From contig NC_043005.1 of the NCBI RefSeq assembly GCF_006345805.1, positions 66,712,001 to 66,776,000 of the forward strand: DNA of 64,000 nt, in the 5' to 3' direction. This document shows positions 25,732-39,372 of the stretch, piece after piece. Positions within the stretch are counted from its first letter, which is position 1, and the number at the start of each line of letters is the position of its first letter. The notes under the pieces are model-generated. The model was not told the DNA's origin and made no database searches. It saw only the letters and a program-made list of their open reading frames with translations. Source of the DNA: Octopus sinensis (taxonomy: Eukaryota). Position numbers and translations under genes: made by a program.

Positions 25732-26330
25732 TTTTCAAGTAGAAACAATAAAATAATAAAAGGAATATCGAAACTGAATGACTAAATCAAAAAATTTAGA
25801 ACTGCTTGCCTAAGCGGACAGCATCATGTTTTTCAAAAGTGATGATAACGACGACGACGACGATGATGATGTTATGTCGAGGAGGAAGAGGATAACGAGG
25901 AGAGGGAGAAAGAGAGAGACAGAGATTTATTGAGAGGGGAAAACCGAAACAGAGAGGTTGCAAAATCTAATCGACTGTTTTCTGAAGATGGTAGGGTTAC
26001 CTGTAAGGGAAAAAAATAACGAATGAAATTATACGAAATGTATATGTATGTGTGTGTGTGTGTATGTGTGTGCGCGTGTGATTGAGATTGCGGTGGGAAT
26101 AATATCAGAAGGAAAACGTAGCTGTGAAGTCAGTATTGTAATTTCATGGAAATAAAAATAAATTACATCTTACCTGATAATCTCGGTGACCCGCTGTGAA
26201 GTGTAGAGTACTGATGATTTGAAATATTGGAAATGTATGGATGTAAACAGCACATTTACTTATTTTTCAACGTTGTAAATAACGTGGAAGCGAGAGAGTG
26301 AGAGAGTGAGAGGGCGGGAGAGAGAGATGG
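25732..26330 (-). other. Candidate 5' end of a minus-strand transcript (non-coding exons, 173-nt intron)
   Basis: Donor CAG|GTAAGA (exon ends 26174), acceptor ttatttttttcccttacag (exon starts 26000) and second donor AAA|GTAAGT (exon ends 25732). A CT-rich tract and GC box (26312-18) lie upstream. No long ORF. Confidence 0.35.
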
Positions 26331-28844
26331 AAGAATTTTACAGCCTGTATCTGTTCTTGAATGCTGTAATCTCTTTCAAATAAAATTAAAATTATATGAA
26401 ATTGGATAGCTTACACTAATCTGTGGAATGTGTCGACAGTATTAAAAGCCATAGATATAATTTTCTTTGAAATATTGAACGAAAACTGAATGTTTATCAT
26501 TGGAAGATGACGTACCTCCCATTACCATTCTGAGGCAAGTAAAGATATGTTGCTAGAACAATGGCTTCTATAAATTAGTCGTAAAAAGTAACTGCTTACA
26601 AATCTCTAAGAATTTGATTGAAAGACAATGTTTTTTGATATATCGATAAAAATATAGAAATATTACCCATGAGATGTATAAATCTATGTGCTGTTAATAT
26701 ATTTCTTTAGTAGACTGAGAAACAAGCAAATATTTGCAAAAATGTATTATATTTTTGTCATTATGGAAAAATAAATGATATATCGAGTAAATAGTTGTAC
26801 AATTTTATCAATGTTAAAGATTTTGCATGGCCATTTAGAAACAGTATATGCAGTCTGTTACTTTATTTTATACATAGATCTCCTGATTAGAAATAGTTGT
26901 CTCATTGATCAAAAGAATATATGGAGATAATTTTTATCAATGTTTTCTTTTGCTAATATGTTTATTGCATACATGAAATGGAATCTCATTTTTACTTAGA
27001 TAATTTGGGGGGTTCGTGAAGATAAAATGCTTAATTTTGTGAATGAAATTATAAGAATCACTGATATAGTGGCACACATACGAGAAAATATAGAACTGGA
27101 AGGACTGCGAATAGTTTCAGTATGAACTATAGAGCAAACTTGACAATTCAGAGTGAGAGACGTTGTTAATATGAGTTTATCAATGAAGCTTCGTTATATA
27201 GTTATGGGAACAATTCTACTAATTTTCGAAAGTTACTTTACAGCCATTTACTATTTTACAGTCGCTTGGCACCATTATATATTTAATAATCTGCGCAGCA
27301 CAAAAGTTTGTTACATAACGTGAAATTGTGATAATTCAACAAGAAAATAAATTATACATACCTGAGCGATGTTTGTGAGAAATACTTTAATAGGTAAAAA
27401 GTAAGAAAAGAGTTAATTGGAATAGCTTATGTTGACTGATGTGATGATCACACATCAGGCATTAGTTATATTGCAGACTGGTTCAATTTTCTTTCTTATC
27501 ATTCGGGCACCAAAATAATTGATCAATAACCGCTTATGTATGCTGCACAGATGTCACAAATAAAATTAACTATTGTACAGTTTCCAAAAAGACTGATGGT
27601 TGATGCCTGTATCAAGGAATGTTAAGTCTTATATATTTCAGTAGAATATGTCAATGAGATTTATTCATAGCAAATTGAACTGAGGTGCGGAAAATAACCA
27701 AACCAATCGTCAATTATTCTTGATTCTTCTGGTTCTAACTTTGAAAGTATTAATGCATAATATGAATCGATATACAGGTGCATTGAGCTATCAAAAGTCA
27801 AGCAGAGTTATACGTTAACAATCTTACTACAGCAATGAATTAAACGTAGTTTGTTAGAACAACTACCCGCGTCTAATATTACACTAAATAACAGCAACAT
27901 TTAAACTATCAACACGTGTTGCAGTTGTCTGAATAGAACTGCCTCTCATTCTTTGTATGAAGTAGTTATTGTTGTTTACCCAAGGGTAACTACAGATCAA
28001 GCAGGCATAGGATTAAAAGCCGCCCAAGATTTAACATCCTGTCGTTTTCTATAATACGTGTTACTGTTTGAACATTTCTATTTGTAAATCTTACAACGAG
28101 AGATATTCAACCAAATTCCCATTCGAAATATTTAGTTTTCAAATTGACAACTAGTCACTGATCAGATATTGTTTTGAGCTGAGTGGGAGTGCTAGATTCC
28201 CTTATTCGAAAATATAAGGACACAGATCGTGTCGTATAACCAGCTGGAGACGATATCCCCTGGGGCTAAATGACAGCAACATTCATTCTAAACCGGGACT
28301 GCCATGTTATGCTGGCAAATAATCTTTTCTCCAAGTGTTATAGTGTCCAGTATCTCTGAGTTTTGTTTAGGATGATATACTGTGAATTGAAGGAGATTTA
28401 GCTGCTCTTTATAGCAGTTAAATCTATGTATGGTTAATCGCTGGTCATATGCGTATAGCAGACTTGTCGAAAAGTTCGTCGTTTAATCAATTATCTCTAG
28501 TAGTATTCGAATTGTTGAAGAACTGATTAGTGTGTGAAAGAATCTCGATTCAGTTGTTCTATAAGGGTAAATGAATTCAATAGGCTATAAAACAGCTCCG
28601 TGATTTAAGAGTCACCATCTTAATTGATATATTTAGCAGGTGACGTCCACTATAGGTTCATGAATAATTTAAACATTGTGATTAAGATTTTGTTGAGAGA
28701 GACTATATAGAAATTTATTAAAAGGAATTATCCTGATATTTAGTGTTAGACGTAATACGTTACTCGATTTGCTACTCGCACGTGACCTTGTTTCTATCAA
28801 CACATGTTTCAGCAAAAGAGACCGATAGAATAAATACTAGGCTT

Positions 28845-28935
28845 ATAAATAAGTCCTGGGGTCGATTTGCTCGACTAAAAGCGGTGCTCCAGCACGGCCA
28901 CAGTCAAATGACTGAAACAGGTAAAAGAGTAAAGA
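28845..28935 (+). mobile_element. SINE 3' tail fragment
   Basis: ctggggtcgat..cgactaaaagcggtgctccagcacggccacagtcaaatgactgaaacagg shares ctggggtcgat with the 12.9 kb SINE. Confidence 0.55.
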
Positions 28936-30567
28936 GTATACTGCACTGTTTTAAATAATGTGACCAATGAATGCGTCTTTGTACTATCGTCGACGTGCTC
29001 GAAATATTCCTGAAATCACTATCTTAAACACAGAAAGGCAACACTGAATAATGGTAGACTTACGATGTAATCCTGATAGCAATGTTTTTTATTACAAGTT
29101 TCCATAATAAACTCTGACCTGAATATGAACTACAACAGCAATAACAACACTAACATCACTCATTGATGCAGAGTTGCTATAAATATTCAGATATTTTTAA
29201 AGTGCATAATCCTTTCGATATATTTTGAAAATAAGATTAAAGATATAATAATATAACTTTTAGATAGCCCTTATCAGAAAAAGGGTTTATATAACAATAT
29301 AATTTTCCTTGCAGAAGTCTACGGTACGAGATAACCATTCTCACTTGAAGTTCTGTTATTGTTCTATGGAAATATTAACAGCACTGCGAAGCAAAGCATT
29401 TCTCAGATCTTATAGAATTAGGATGAATCGAAGAGAATCTGAAACTATCCTTTTCTAATACATGCAAATCTTTCAGATAGAAAAGCAGCAATAAACTACT
29501 GACCACGCAAGGAAAATCAAAGAAGAACCAGATGTATCTCAATGAAGTTCAGAACAATCAGACATTCAATTAATTTTATTTCAGTTGACCTCTTGCAGTG
29601 ACATAAATTTACATAACGGCTGTATCATGAAACCATTTAGATTTAATTTTATGTACAAGAAATGCTACAGTTTTAGGTTATTTATATTTACCCGATTTTC
29701 AATTCAGCCATAGCTAGCTATTGCTATCATGGGGCTTTTTGACAAGGATCTGCAAACTTACATGTCTCTAGTTTTGAATTGTCTATATTTCCTCTTTGGA
29801 ATTCTTTCTGGTGTGAAAATGTCATTTAGTACATCTATACATCGTTAATTCTTAACTTGAGTTAGGTTTCACCGCACATAATTGTAATTCATGTGCTATA
29901 AATTACAGGGAACAGAAAGAAAGAAGAAGAACGAAGACATGCACCCAACACCAGATTGAAGAACCTCCGAAAGTATGGGCCCCCACGTAAAAAGGTTAGA
30001 GGAGTAGGGGTTCCTCCTGATGATGTCTTGGGCTAACTGGATCCTATAAAGGAGCTGTTGTGGTAGCAGACCGCGTAACACGGTTGAAATTCCTACCTCT
30101 CTCTAGATCAGCTATTCTATCCTAGTCCTTCTTGATAAGGTTTAACTTTGCTAAAATTTTACAGCTTGTACTGTTACATTTGAATACATATCATGCCGTA
30201 TATATCTTACATGCGTACTATATAACAAAGTTAGAAATACAGAGATGCTTAATTTAGAGTCTACATTCTGTTTGAAATTGAGTGAAGTTGAAGATGAAAT
30301 ACCGAAAAATCATATTACTAAAAACAACGCTAAAACTGTTTCCTTTCCAATTCAAAGTTCATTAATGGGTTTCCGTTACAGGCTTTGTTGCTATAACTAT
30401 TTTAAAACCTCGAATATTCCGTATGGCCATTTTAATGACTAAATCGTGATTTCACTATTTTTAGGTCTACACGAATCTCTCATCGATGATCAAGATACAC
30501 CATTATTTATAAGGCTAGATAGTTTCTCGTGCTCCTGTTTCATATTACTTGACTGGTTTCTTGGAAT

Positions 30568-30596
30568 TGAGTCATGTATTTTCTATTGTATAAAAG
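30568..30596 (+). promoter_or_regulatory. Candidate TATA promoter with adjacent AP-1 site
   Basis: TGAGTCA (30568-74) lies 14 nt upstream of TATAAAAG (30589-96). A strong acceptor ttattttattttatcttgcag ends at 30806 downstream. Confidence 0.3.
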
Positions 30597-32129
30597 GAGA
30601 CCTTACAAACACAACTCGAAGTTATGTTTGAAAATACGCCAAACTTTATTTAACATACATTTTGATGCATTGATTATACTCAGAAGTCGACATCATTACG
30701 AAACACAAAATAATTCCCCTAAAGAAAAAACAATTGCTAAAATGTGTAACGTTGAAATGTAATATTGATTCCACCATGCAATAAATTATTTTATTTTATC
30801 TTGCAGTTGAGGATTCACAAAAATTTCTTTGAAGAGTTCACATCTTTGTTTAGATCATTCAGATATTGGACAAGTTCGTGGAAATTCGTTGCTACCTTCC
30901 ACACTTCTGTTAATTTCAAAGACATCAGACATAATTGACTACTTCTGATAATTTACATGTGGTAATAGTTTGTAACAGGGTAGAAGTCTTGTTGATTCCT
31001 AATAGCAATTTTTTTCAATCTTCCCAGTATTCGGATGAACATTTCCCCGGCAAAATTTCACTACAATACTAGAAGTCTAGGACTTATCTTGGTCCTCAAT
31101 TCTTTCAAGAAACTGAAATTGAAACAAGAACATTTCTCTTAAAAATTAAAGACAATGGCAACATATTCCATATGTTCCTTTATGTGTTCCCTATATTCGA
31201 TAGAAGAGTAGAGAGAGATGCTTGGGCATGTCACGAGCCTTTCTCCTCGTGAACAAGAAAATGTCTGTTGAATATATTAAAGTGATAATGATGGATGCCG
31301 TGCATCATACGTAAGCTTAACTGCATTCTAAATATTTTTAAATTTATAAATACCAACTTATACATATGAAGATTTTGCTTAACATATTTTTACACATTTA
31401 GTATATATTTGAAAACTGTAAATGTCGAAGAAATGGTGAAATTAAAAAGTTTATCTATTACTGGCAGTTGCAGCATTCCAGTTGATACATCATCATATAA
31501 TATCTATGCTATATATATCCGAAAATATAGTTTAGTTTGTATGAAAGTAGTGATAGCATAGTCTCACAAGTGATTGTAATCAGTTCCCCAGGAATACCCG
31601 AAAGTAATTCTGACTTTGAATCACAATAATAGATTTACGTTGTTTAGTGTGATGTTGTGACAAGGAAAGAGAAAGGATATGAAAAATATTGAAGGTTCAG
31701 AAATGGTTCAGGTATAACTATAGTGTGGTGACTCTAAATCTGTCACTCATAATTTTCTTAAGACTGCATACTTTTTTACGGAAAATTTCGAACAGATACG
31801 TATTCAAAAGAGCAGGTTACAAATATGCTGATGAATTTGGAAGTACTTTTAGGATTACATTGTTACTAAGGAAGGAAAGAAGGAAGCACGTAACTTTTTA
31901 ACCAATGCAGTTTATAGAAGAGGGCTTTGACCTTATTATCTCGAATATAAAGTATTGAATGAGTTTTAATTGTAAGAGAATCCATATTGCAATGACATCT
32001 ACACTTACAGATATTTGTATTTCTGAACATATATATGTAAACAGAACATGCATCAATACGCACATACATACATGCATACATACATACATACATACATTTG
32101 TGTGTGTGTGTGTGTGTGTGTGTGTATAA

Positions 32130-32345
32130 AATTAATTCAAATACACGGAGAAAGAGCAGGTAAAAAAACAACTCAAGGACGTGGTACATGCAAAGTATTA
32201 ATAAGACGCTCAGGGAAGAAAGAAAGGGTGTTTTACGTTTCAAGCAAAGCTCTTGTTTAGAAACAGATGACAGAGGAAAATCCAAGAGAAAAGGAAGACG
32301 GAGGAAAAAAATCGCCAACAAACCACATGTACTTACAAACGCATA
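32130..32345 (-). mobile_element. PLE-type terminal fragment (same family as 14920-15125)
   Basis: gacgctcaggg...ggaagacggaggaaaaaaatcgccaac. The core is degenerate at 32237-32260. Confidence 0.6.
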
Positions 32346-33547
32346 TATATATAGAAAGACATTGTGTGTGTGTATGTGTGTGTGTGAGAGAGAGAGCGAG
32401 AGAGCGTGAGAGCGAGAATTAGAAACAGAAAGAGAGAGAGAGAAGAAAAAATTATCGTGTAAAATATTTCGCTATATATATGCTCGTCAATTTCCCCGAA
32501 TTGTTAAACTCAAATGTGTCTCATTAGTGTTTATATAGCGGTATTCCTAATCATTTGAATAATACTTGGTAATTTGGTAGAAAATAACCTAAATGAATGC
32601 TTTTTATATACGTCTAATATTAAGTGATCTGACGATTTCCTTGTATTGCAAAATTGCATTGTCTCGACTATTTTGCTATCAAATGCATAGCTAGAAATTC
32701 CGTAATTTTTGGAGAAAGCGTTAGACGAAAAAATCAATACTTGTTGGTTGTACGCCAAAGCATATTAAATATACTGACAAAATGTATTAGTTGAAACAAA
32801 TTCTCGAGCTATTTAGTTTTACGTAAAATACCCATGGCAACAAAATAATAGAACTTAAAGTTTTTAACCTCATAACTGGAGGTTTCTGCCAAATATCGGT
32901 CAATAACTGTTAATATTGAATAACCAAACAGTAGCGAGCATTAGGTGTCTATTGCAAACACCAATATGTTTTAGTTTAGATGGACAATTGGCGAGCTCAT
33001 TGAATCTGACGTATGTATTATGTATGCCTATATGAACGTGGGAGTGAGACGTTTTTGTGGGTGGTGAGTGTGTTTGGTGTCTACGTTTACATATGTATAT
33101 TTCAGTTTCTCACATTTCTTTGTGAATGTATGTATTATTCATATGGGAGCGACCATTTAAGATGTACGGAATAAGTGTACGGAGTCTTATATAATAGAAA
33201 TACTTAAATTATTACAATATTATGATGATATGGATGGACCAAAATCCATTTGCGACAATAACGCATGTTGAAAGACATTGGAATTTCTAGCACACCCAGG
33301 AAATATTTCCTTCTGAACATACAGTTTGAAGTTATGAAGGAATGGGGAATCAAATGCAGCTTCAAACAAAAATTACTTATTCAGAAAAGACAATTTCCAG
33401 ATTTAGAGGTTTATAAATTTACAGTATTGTAAAATGTACACTCATGAATATTGGAAACTTATTTCTAACGAATGTAATTCTACATCGAATTAGATATGCA
33501 ACAATAAAACCAGACCATTCCAGGGCTATGAAAAACGATGAACGTCG

Positions 33548-33845
33548 CACTTTTCAAGCCTAGGCAAGCTCATGCCCGGTTTCCCGGTTTCTGTGACGTA
33601 TGTGACCCCCCCCCCGCTGGACAGGACTCCAGTCCAGCGCAGCGTTACTCAAGAAACAGGAAAGAGAGAATGAGAGAAAGTAGTGGCGAAAGAGTACAAC
33701 AGGATCGCCACCACCCCTGCCGTAGCCTCGTGGAACTTTTAGGTGTTTTCACTCAATAAACACACACAACGCCCGGTCTGGGAATCGGAACCACGATCTT
33801 CCGACCGCGAGTCCGCTGGCCTAACCACTGGGCCATTGCGCCTCC
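33548..33845 (-). mobile_element. Full-length tRNA-derived SINE (second family)
   Basis: The minus strand begins ggaggcgcaaTGGCCCAGTGG (A box) and continues GGTTCCGATTCC (B box-like). The body has a tggactgg..ctgtccag segment resembling a V-SINE domain. Confidence 0.75.
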
Positions 33846-33914
33846 CCTCCATAACTATAACAAGGTATAAACACGGTTATGTCCCCATATATACACGCAA
33901 ACACACACACATAT

Positions 33915-33929
33915 GGATAGATAGATAGC

Positions 33930-33995
<66 letters not shown>
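33915..33995. repeat. (GATA)n microsatellite
   Basis: Read directly from the sequence. Confidence 0.95.
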
Positions 33996-34008
<13 letters not shown>

Positions 34009-34149
34009 CGGGTGAGAGAAAGATACTTTGACATAGATAAATTTAGGCCAGAATTGGCCATTACTAACCTAATAGCACCACCTGGAAAATACATTTAATA
34101 ATGTTTCATATTTCAGTCACTCGTTGAGCATCATAATTCATCGAAGTAA

Positions 34150-35330
34150 AGAGTTGTTGTTTGCAGAGATATATCCGGGTATAGCTGATTTATAGAGAAC
34201 TTGTCGGTATTCCTTCAGGAACAGTTTCTATGCCATGAGACCTTTTTCTTATCTTATGTGCTTTGACATGTTTTGAGAGAAAGTAGGACAAGTTGAGTTA
34301 AAATCTCTCTAAGTGTTGTGGTGTAACACGTGTATGGTTTTTGTACAGGGCGAATTGCATGGAGACCAAGCATTAGGTGAATTTTAATGTTGATGCCAGT
34401 ATCACTTGGTCAATGGTATTTGAATATTTTCCATGATACAGCGCTTACGGCAGCATTGGAGGGAATAAAGTTTGAGTTTCCGAGAAGATCCCAACAATCA
34501 TGACATATAATCTCATTTCGATCTCCGGAGAGCTTCAATTTTTATGATATTTTGTTTCGTACAGGGCGAACATAACGAATAATTTTATGCAAGGAAAAGA
34601 AGAGAGAACGTGGATAAGAGAACGATAATGGTCGGAGCATCACTAAACCGAAAAACTCAGGAGCAAGCCCTGTTGACTTTGTTGTTTATGTGTGCACTTT
34701 GCTGTCAACAGATAGTCTAAGGTCCCTATTGATGTTACATGCTATGACGCTTCTGCCTAAGGGAGGAGTGTATGGGTAACTTAAGTGAAGTCTATCAAAA
34801 AATTACTCCCGTTTTGCTGCGTACTGTGTTTTCCGCACACCAGATAACAGTTCGCATATCCGATTAGATATTAGTCCGATTTTTCTACCCTGTCGAGGAC
34901 ATTCAAAAGATTTGTGTCATTCGTGAATATTCTAATACTTGTGTTCGAGGACGTCAATGATCTCATTGATATAAATAAGGGAAAGGAGTGGGCCCAGTAC
35001 AGTGGGACTCCACTGATGACTCTTGCCGAGCTTGATCAAACAAGATCCACCATCGCATACTAGATTCTGCTTTTTCCGAAAACATTCAATGCACTTTAAT
35101 AGCTTTCAACGGATTCCAATGTTGAATAGTTTCTTTTATAAGATGCCATGTCCAGCCTTGCCGAAGGCCTTCCTGAACTCAAGAGATGATACCTGCATTG
35201 AATCCCTCTCATGAGCATTTAGGACGTCATCAAAGGGACGCGGGAGCGATGTTAGGCAGCCCCTGACAAGGAATGAGTAGGTTGCTACTTTCCAGGAAGT
35301 AAGTTTCTTGTGATTTCAAAAGGCCAGAAT
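34150..35330 (-). mobile_element. Degraded CR1/L2-superfamily LINE reverse transcriptase
   Basis: The minus-strand translation with stops and frameshifts gives LEFRKAFGKAGHGIL*KKLFNIGI, VISGVP..TVLGPLLSLIYINE, RIFTNDT (degenerate FADD) and the C-terminal KLKLYSLQ motif. Confidence 0.8.
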
Positions 35331-35414
35331 ATTTCAGATGGGGTAAATCGTTGATTTCGACACCAGTACTTGAGCACCCGGGGAGCTAACCATTCTGGCA
35401 TCCCGCCACATCAC

Positions 35415-35472
35415 CATGATGATGATCATCATCATCATCATGATCCTCCTCCTCCTCATCATCATCATTAAT

Positions 35473-35528
<56 letters not shown>

Positions 35529-35530
35529 TA
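35415..35530. repeat. (ATC)n microsatellite
   Basis: Read directly from the sequence. It forms the tail of the R4-like element. Confidence 0.95.
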
Positions 35531-36005
35531 TTTGTTTCTTTATATATTCATTGCCTTTGCACAGCTTCTATCGCTGGAGATGTACTACGGTGCCAGCTGT
35601 TCATTAACAGTGAACTAAGGTAACACTTCTTATTTTTCGAGAACTATTCGGTGTATTCGAGCGGTTCCAAGCAGCGCTGTTCTTTGCAAATGCTCTACCT
35701 TTATCGCAGCCCCTATTTGTTCCATGTACTTATCGAGATTTTTACTCACTGTCCCCAGGTCATTCACAATTATTGGAACTACTACCACCTTTTTCATCGA
35801 CAACAACTGCTTAACCTCCCAAGCTAACTTGCCATGTCTTTCGACTTTTCTTTCTTCCTTGTTGTTAGCTGGGCATGCTATATCTATGATCCAGTATCGT
35901 TTGCTTTCTTTCTCAAATACTATGTCTGGCTCTCTATTGTTTGTCTCATAGTCGCACTGAATCATAGAATCCCATAGAATGTTTCCATTATTATTTTCGA
36001 TGATG
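35530..36005 (-). mobile_element. R4/Dong-type non-LTR retrotransposon 3' end: restriction-like endonuclease domain, 3'UTR and (ATG)n tail
   Basis: ENNNGNILWDSMIQCD..NREPDIV..K..YWIIDIACP...K..LAWEVKQL...VVVVPIIV..LG...LQRTALLGTARIHR matches the PD..D RLE signature of R4-clade elements. It is bounded by trinucleotide microsatellites. Confidence 0.85.
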
Positions 36006-36096
36006 CCTTCGGCTTATGTTCGTACAACTCTTTTGCTCTGTGAAGTCCATACTTGATGCAAAGTGTCCAATGGACAATCCTTGCTATGTTGTCGTG

Positions 36097-36153
<57 letters not shown>

Positions 36154-36154
36154 T

Positions 36155-36310
36155 CGAAAAATACCTTAGGAATGAGAAGTTTCCCCAAGACACCTGATGA
36201 AGGCCGGAGGGTCTATCAGCCGAAACGTTGTGTTAGCAACCAACAAGATGAGGACAGATATCCGTCAAATATAAATCATGTAGCTCTGTTTTGTTTAACT
36301 TTTTCATGAT
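36155..36310 (+). mobile_element. PLE-type terminal repeat fragment with CTGATGA-stem-GAAAC motif
   Basis: CTGATGA-a-ggccg gagggtctat cagcc-GAAAC at 36194-36226. No helix I partner is evident. It follows a (TAA)n run. Confidence 0.55.
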
Positions 36311-37652
36311 ACTGCCATATGCACTGTTATTTTTTAAAGCACATCAATTTTTACGCCCATGTCCACATTTTATGTCCATTTTATATCCAAGTGTTTCAAT
36401 ATTGATCACGAATTTATACGTTCAGCATTTAGCATAATTATATGTATATTGCTCAAATCATGGTAACCTTTATCGTTTTTATCTAACATTAATAGCAATC
36501 ATGGCATGGAAACTAATTTATTTAGCTTAGCACTTCTAGCAAACTATTTATTGTTTCACATAAATCCTTTCGGAATTTTAAAATATATTTCTTGTTGGAA
36601 TTTCGTAAATTAAGTAATTTCGCCGTTAGTCTGCAATGATTTACGATTAAATGTTTCCCTTCAAAACATTGTAAGAAAAGCAATTTTTTAAAAAAGATTC
36701 TGGTTTCTTTTTACTATATATTTCAGTCATTTGAACTGATATTTCAAAGATACAAAAATATTTAAGCAATAAAGATCACAAAGATCTGTTGTGGCTGAGC
36801 GTGCTTGGAGTGCATATATGTAGTCTTTCAATGAAAAGTAAACTTGAATAAGATAGACGATAACATTCGTAAATCTAGAAGTTTTAATTAGTTCAATGTA
36901 GCAACGACAGAAATCATTGAAATGTATTTATTCTGGACATCGTATATCAAGCAGAATTTTTTTTAATGTGTTTACCATGTAAATTGTCTTTCGCGACTTG
37001 CAAAATTCTGTATTCTAGTAGTCTGACTAAATTGAGGAATGTGACAAATGTTTTTTGTAAAATGGGAAACTATTTCTATTTTTAGTGCTTCCCCACGTCA
37101 TACACTAAAGGTCAAATGGTCATTATTTGTAGTCATTCAACCGTCACTTGTAAATTTAGCGACTATTTAGCGACACCAAATACAAACAAATGAGAATTGG
37201 CATCTAGTTCTTCGAAACAAGAACTTCCCGAAATCATTGTTTTGAATTTGTTGCCGTGCAAAAACGGCAAACGTAAACGCACACACATACACACGGGCCC
37301 ACACGCACGCACACACTCAGAAGCACACACACGCGCGCATACAGGGACACACAATATGTATATGTATACGTATGTAGGATCTTTTCAATTCTGAAGCCAG
37401 GACCACAGATCTTTCTACTTAACTAAATATTCTGAAACTTCGTATGCTGATAGAGTCTAGCAAAACAAGACACAGGTTGGAACTAGTTTATTTGAGAAAA
37501 ATCTATTTTATGACTTTAATCGTAGATTAAAACTGCGAATTTTAACCAATCAGATTGTTTGTTTTCATGTGTAAAACTTGACTGCATTCTATTAGTGTGA
37601 CGTAGAAAGCGCTTTTGTGACGTACTAACGTTCGGAAAACTGTAAACAAACA

Positions 37653-37719
37653 CAGAACGTAACGGCAGACGAAATACGGCTACGCATTTCGGCCGGCGTG
37701 CTAACGTTTCTGCCAGCTC
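37653..37719 (-). mobile_element. SINE head fragment
   Basis: Reverse complement gagctggcagaaacgttagcacgccggccgaaatgcgtagccgtatttcgtctgccgttacgttctg. Confidence 0.65.
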
Positions 37720-39372
37720 TTTGCTTTTTTAATATTAAATTTCTTGCCTTTTGCACAAATAAATACAATAAGTGAAATGAAACGCATTAGCTTAGAAACG
37801 AAATCTTGTTAGAAGCCTCGTCACTGAGATGCCACTTCTTAATAGCAAACGAAAGCAAGTACTAACAGAATGGAAACATTTTCAATTTAATACATGTGGC
37901 TTATTAACTAGTTTTAAATATTGTTATTAGAAGGTGGCTGGCTATAGGATCCTGGAAACATGAGTACGTTAAATAATTAGAAGGAGATTTCACGGAGACA
38001 TGCGGCTTGTTTACATTTAAGATGTTTAATACGTCACCAAATTGGTGGTCGAGACGGAGTAAATAAAATAAAGCCGAATGACGGAATATCATTGGTTAAA
38101 ATTCTAATTATTAAACAACGTTAAACTTAGAAGTTACAATTCCGTTTTCATTCTGGTTTACAATTAAGTTTACTTTTGACACATTCTACCAGTATACGAA
38201 GTTTCAAATTGTTTGGTTCAGTAGGAAAAATTTGAAAAAACTGGCTTCAGAATTGAAAAGATCCCGTATGTATGTATATATATACATATATATGTATGTG
38301 CGTGTGTCTGTGTGTCTGTGTGTGTACATACATACACACATCTTCCTTGGTCGCAAGAACAGAGATGAAAAAAGATGAGACAAATATATCAGGAACGCAA
38401 CACTATTAGAGTCACAATCCAGCATGGTTGTCACATGAGTTTCACCAGAGTTTAGCCCACTCTCAGAGAATGACCTCCCATCTAACAGTGAACTAAAGAG
38501 CTAGTTGCAATGATATAATCTTATCAAGAATGTGTTTCCGTCGGAAGATATCCTAAGCAAAAGTGAATTGATACATTCGATTAAATTTCGTTGCTCGTAG
38601 TTCTGCGTTGCACAGGTTTATGTCGGATTTAGAACGATGACATTTGCTTTTGTGTTTTGTTTTCCTTAGGGAAATAGGCAATACTGCCATACCACCATTG
38701 AAGATTGTCGTGTTTCGAGCTTTCTGTACATGGGTGCATAGCGGGTTTGATGTGCGGTGTCAATGTGGAGAGTGAATGCCGCATGTTTTGTGGGTATAGA
38801 GGAAGAATGTAAAGTAGCGTTAATGTATAAGGAAACATAGAGTAAGATATAAAACCAAAACTCTTAGGAATACTGTAGCTGGTAGCACGCTTCTTATAGC
38901 TTGCGAATTATTTTCATTTGATATTCCAATATTTAAAACTATTGTTTTCATTTGTTAGTTGCGACATTGATGTCATTATAATTCCCGACGCTGAGAGCGA
39001 TAGAAACTGCATTCGTTAACCTGTTGCAATTAATCATAGTCCTTGTATATTGACATTCACTGGTATTATAGTGTTGATAAAAGTAATGTCTCAGTTCAAT
39101 TTTCATATACGTAACCTTCTTAATCTTCACTTTGTCAGCAGTTAAAAAATAGAAATTTATCATGAGTTGTTGATTCCGTAAATCATTTCAGAGAGGATAT
39201 ATTTATATTGTAATTTTTTGCTCATATTTAAAATAATGTAATTCAATATGTAAATGCAATAACTACTTCACTTATATTTCTTTTCCTGTAATTTCATGTC
39301 TTCGTGTACTACGTGGTGAACACTTTTAGATATTTCTTACTTTATTTCATCTTTTTAGCAATGTTTATGTTA

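Noticed and set aside
35334-35607. Poly-M and poly-I ORFs (also 36016-36309, 45464-45712)
   Set aside because: Translations of (ATC)n, (TAA)n and (TTA)n repeats.
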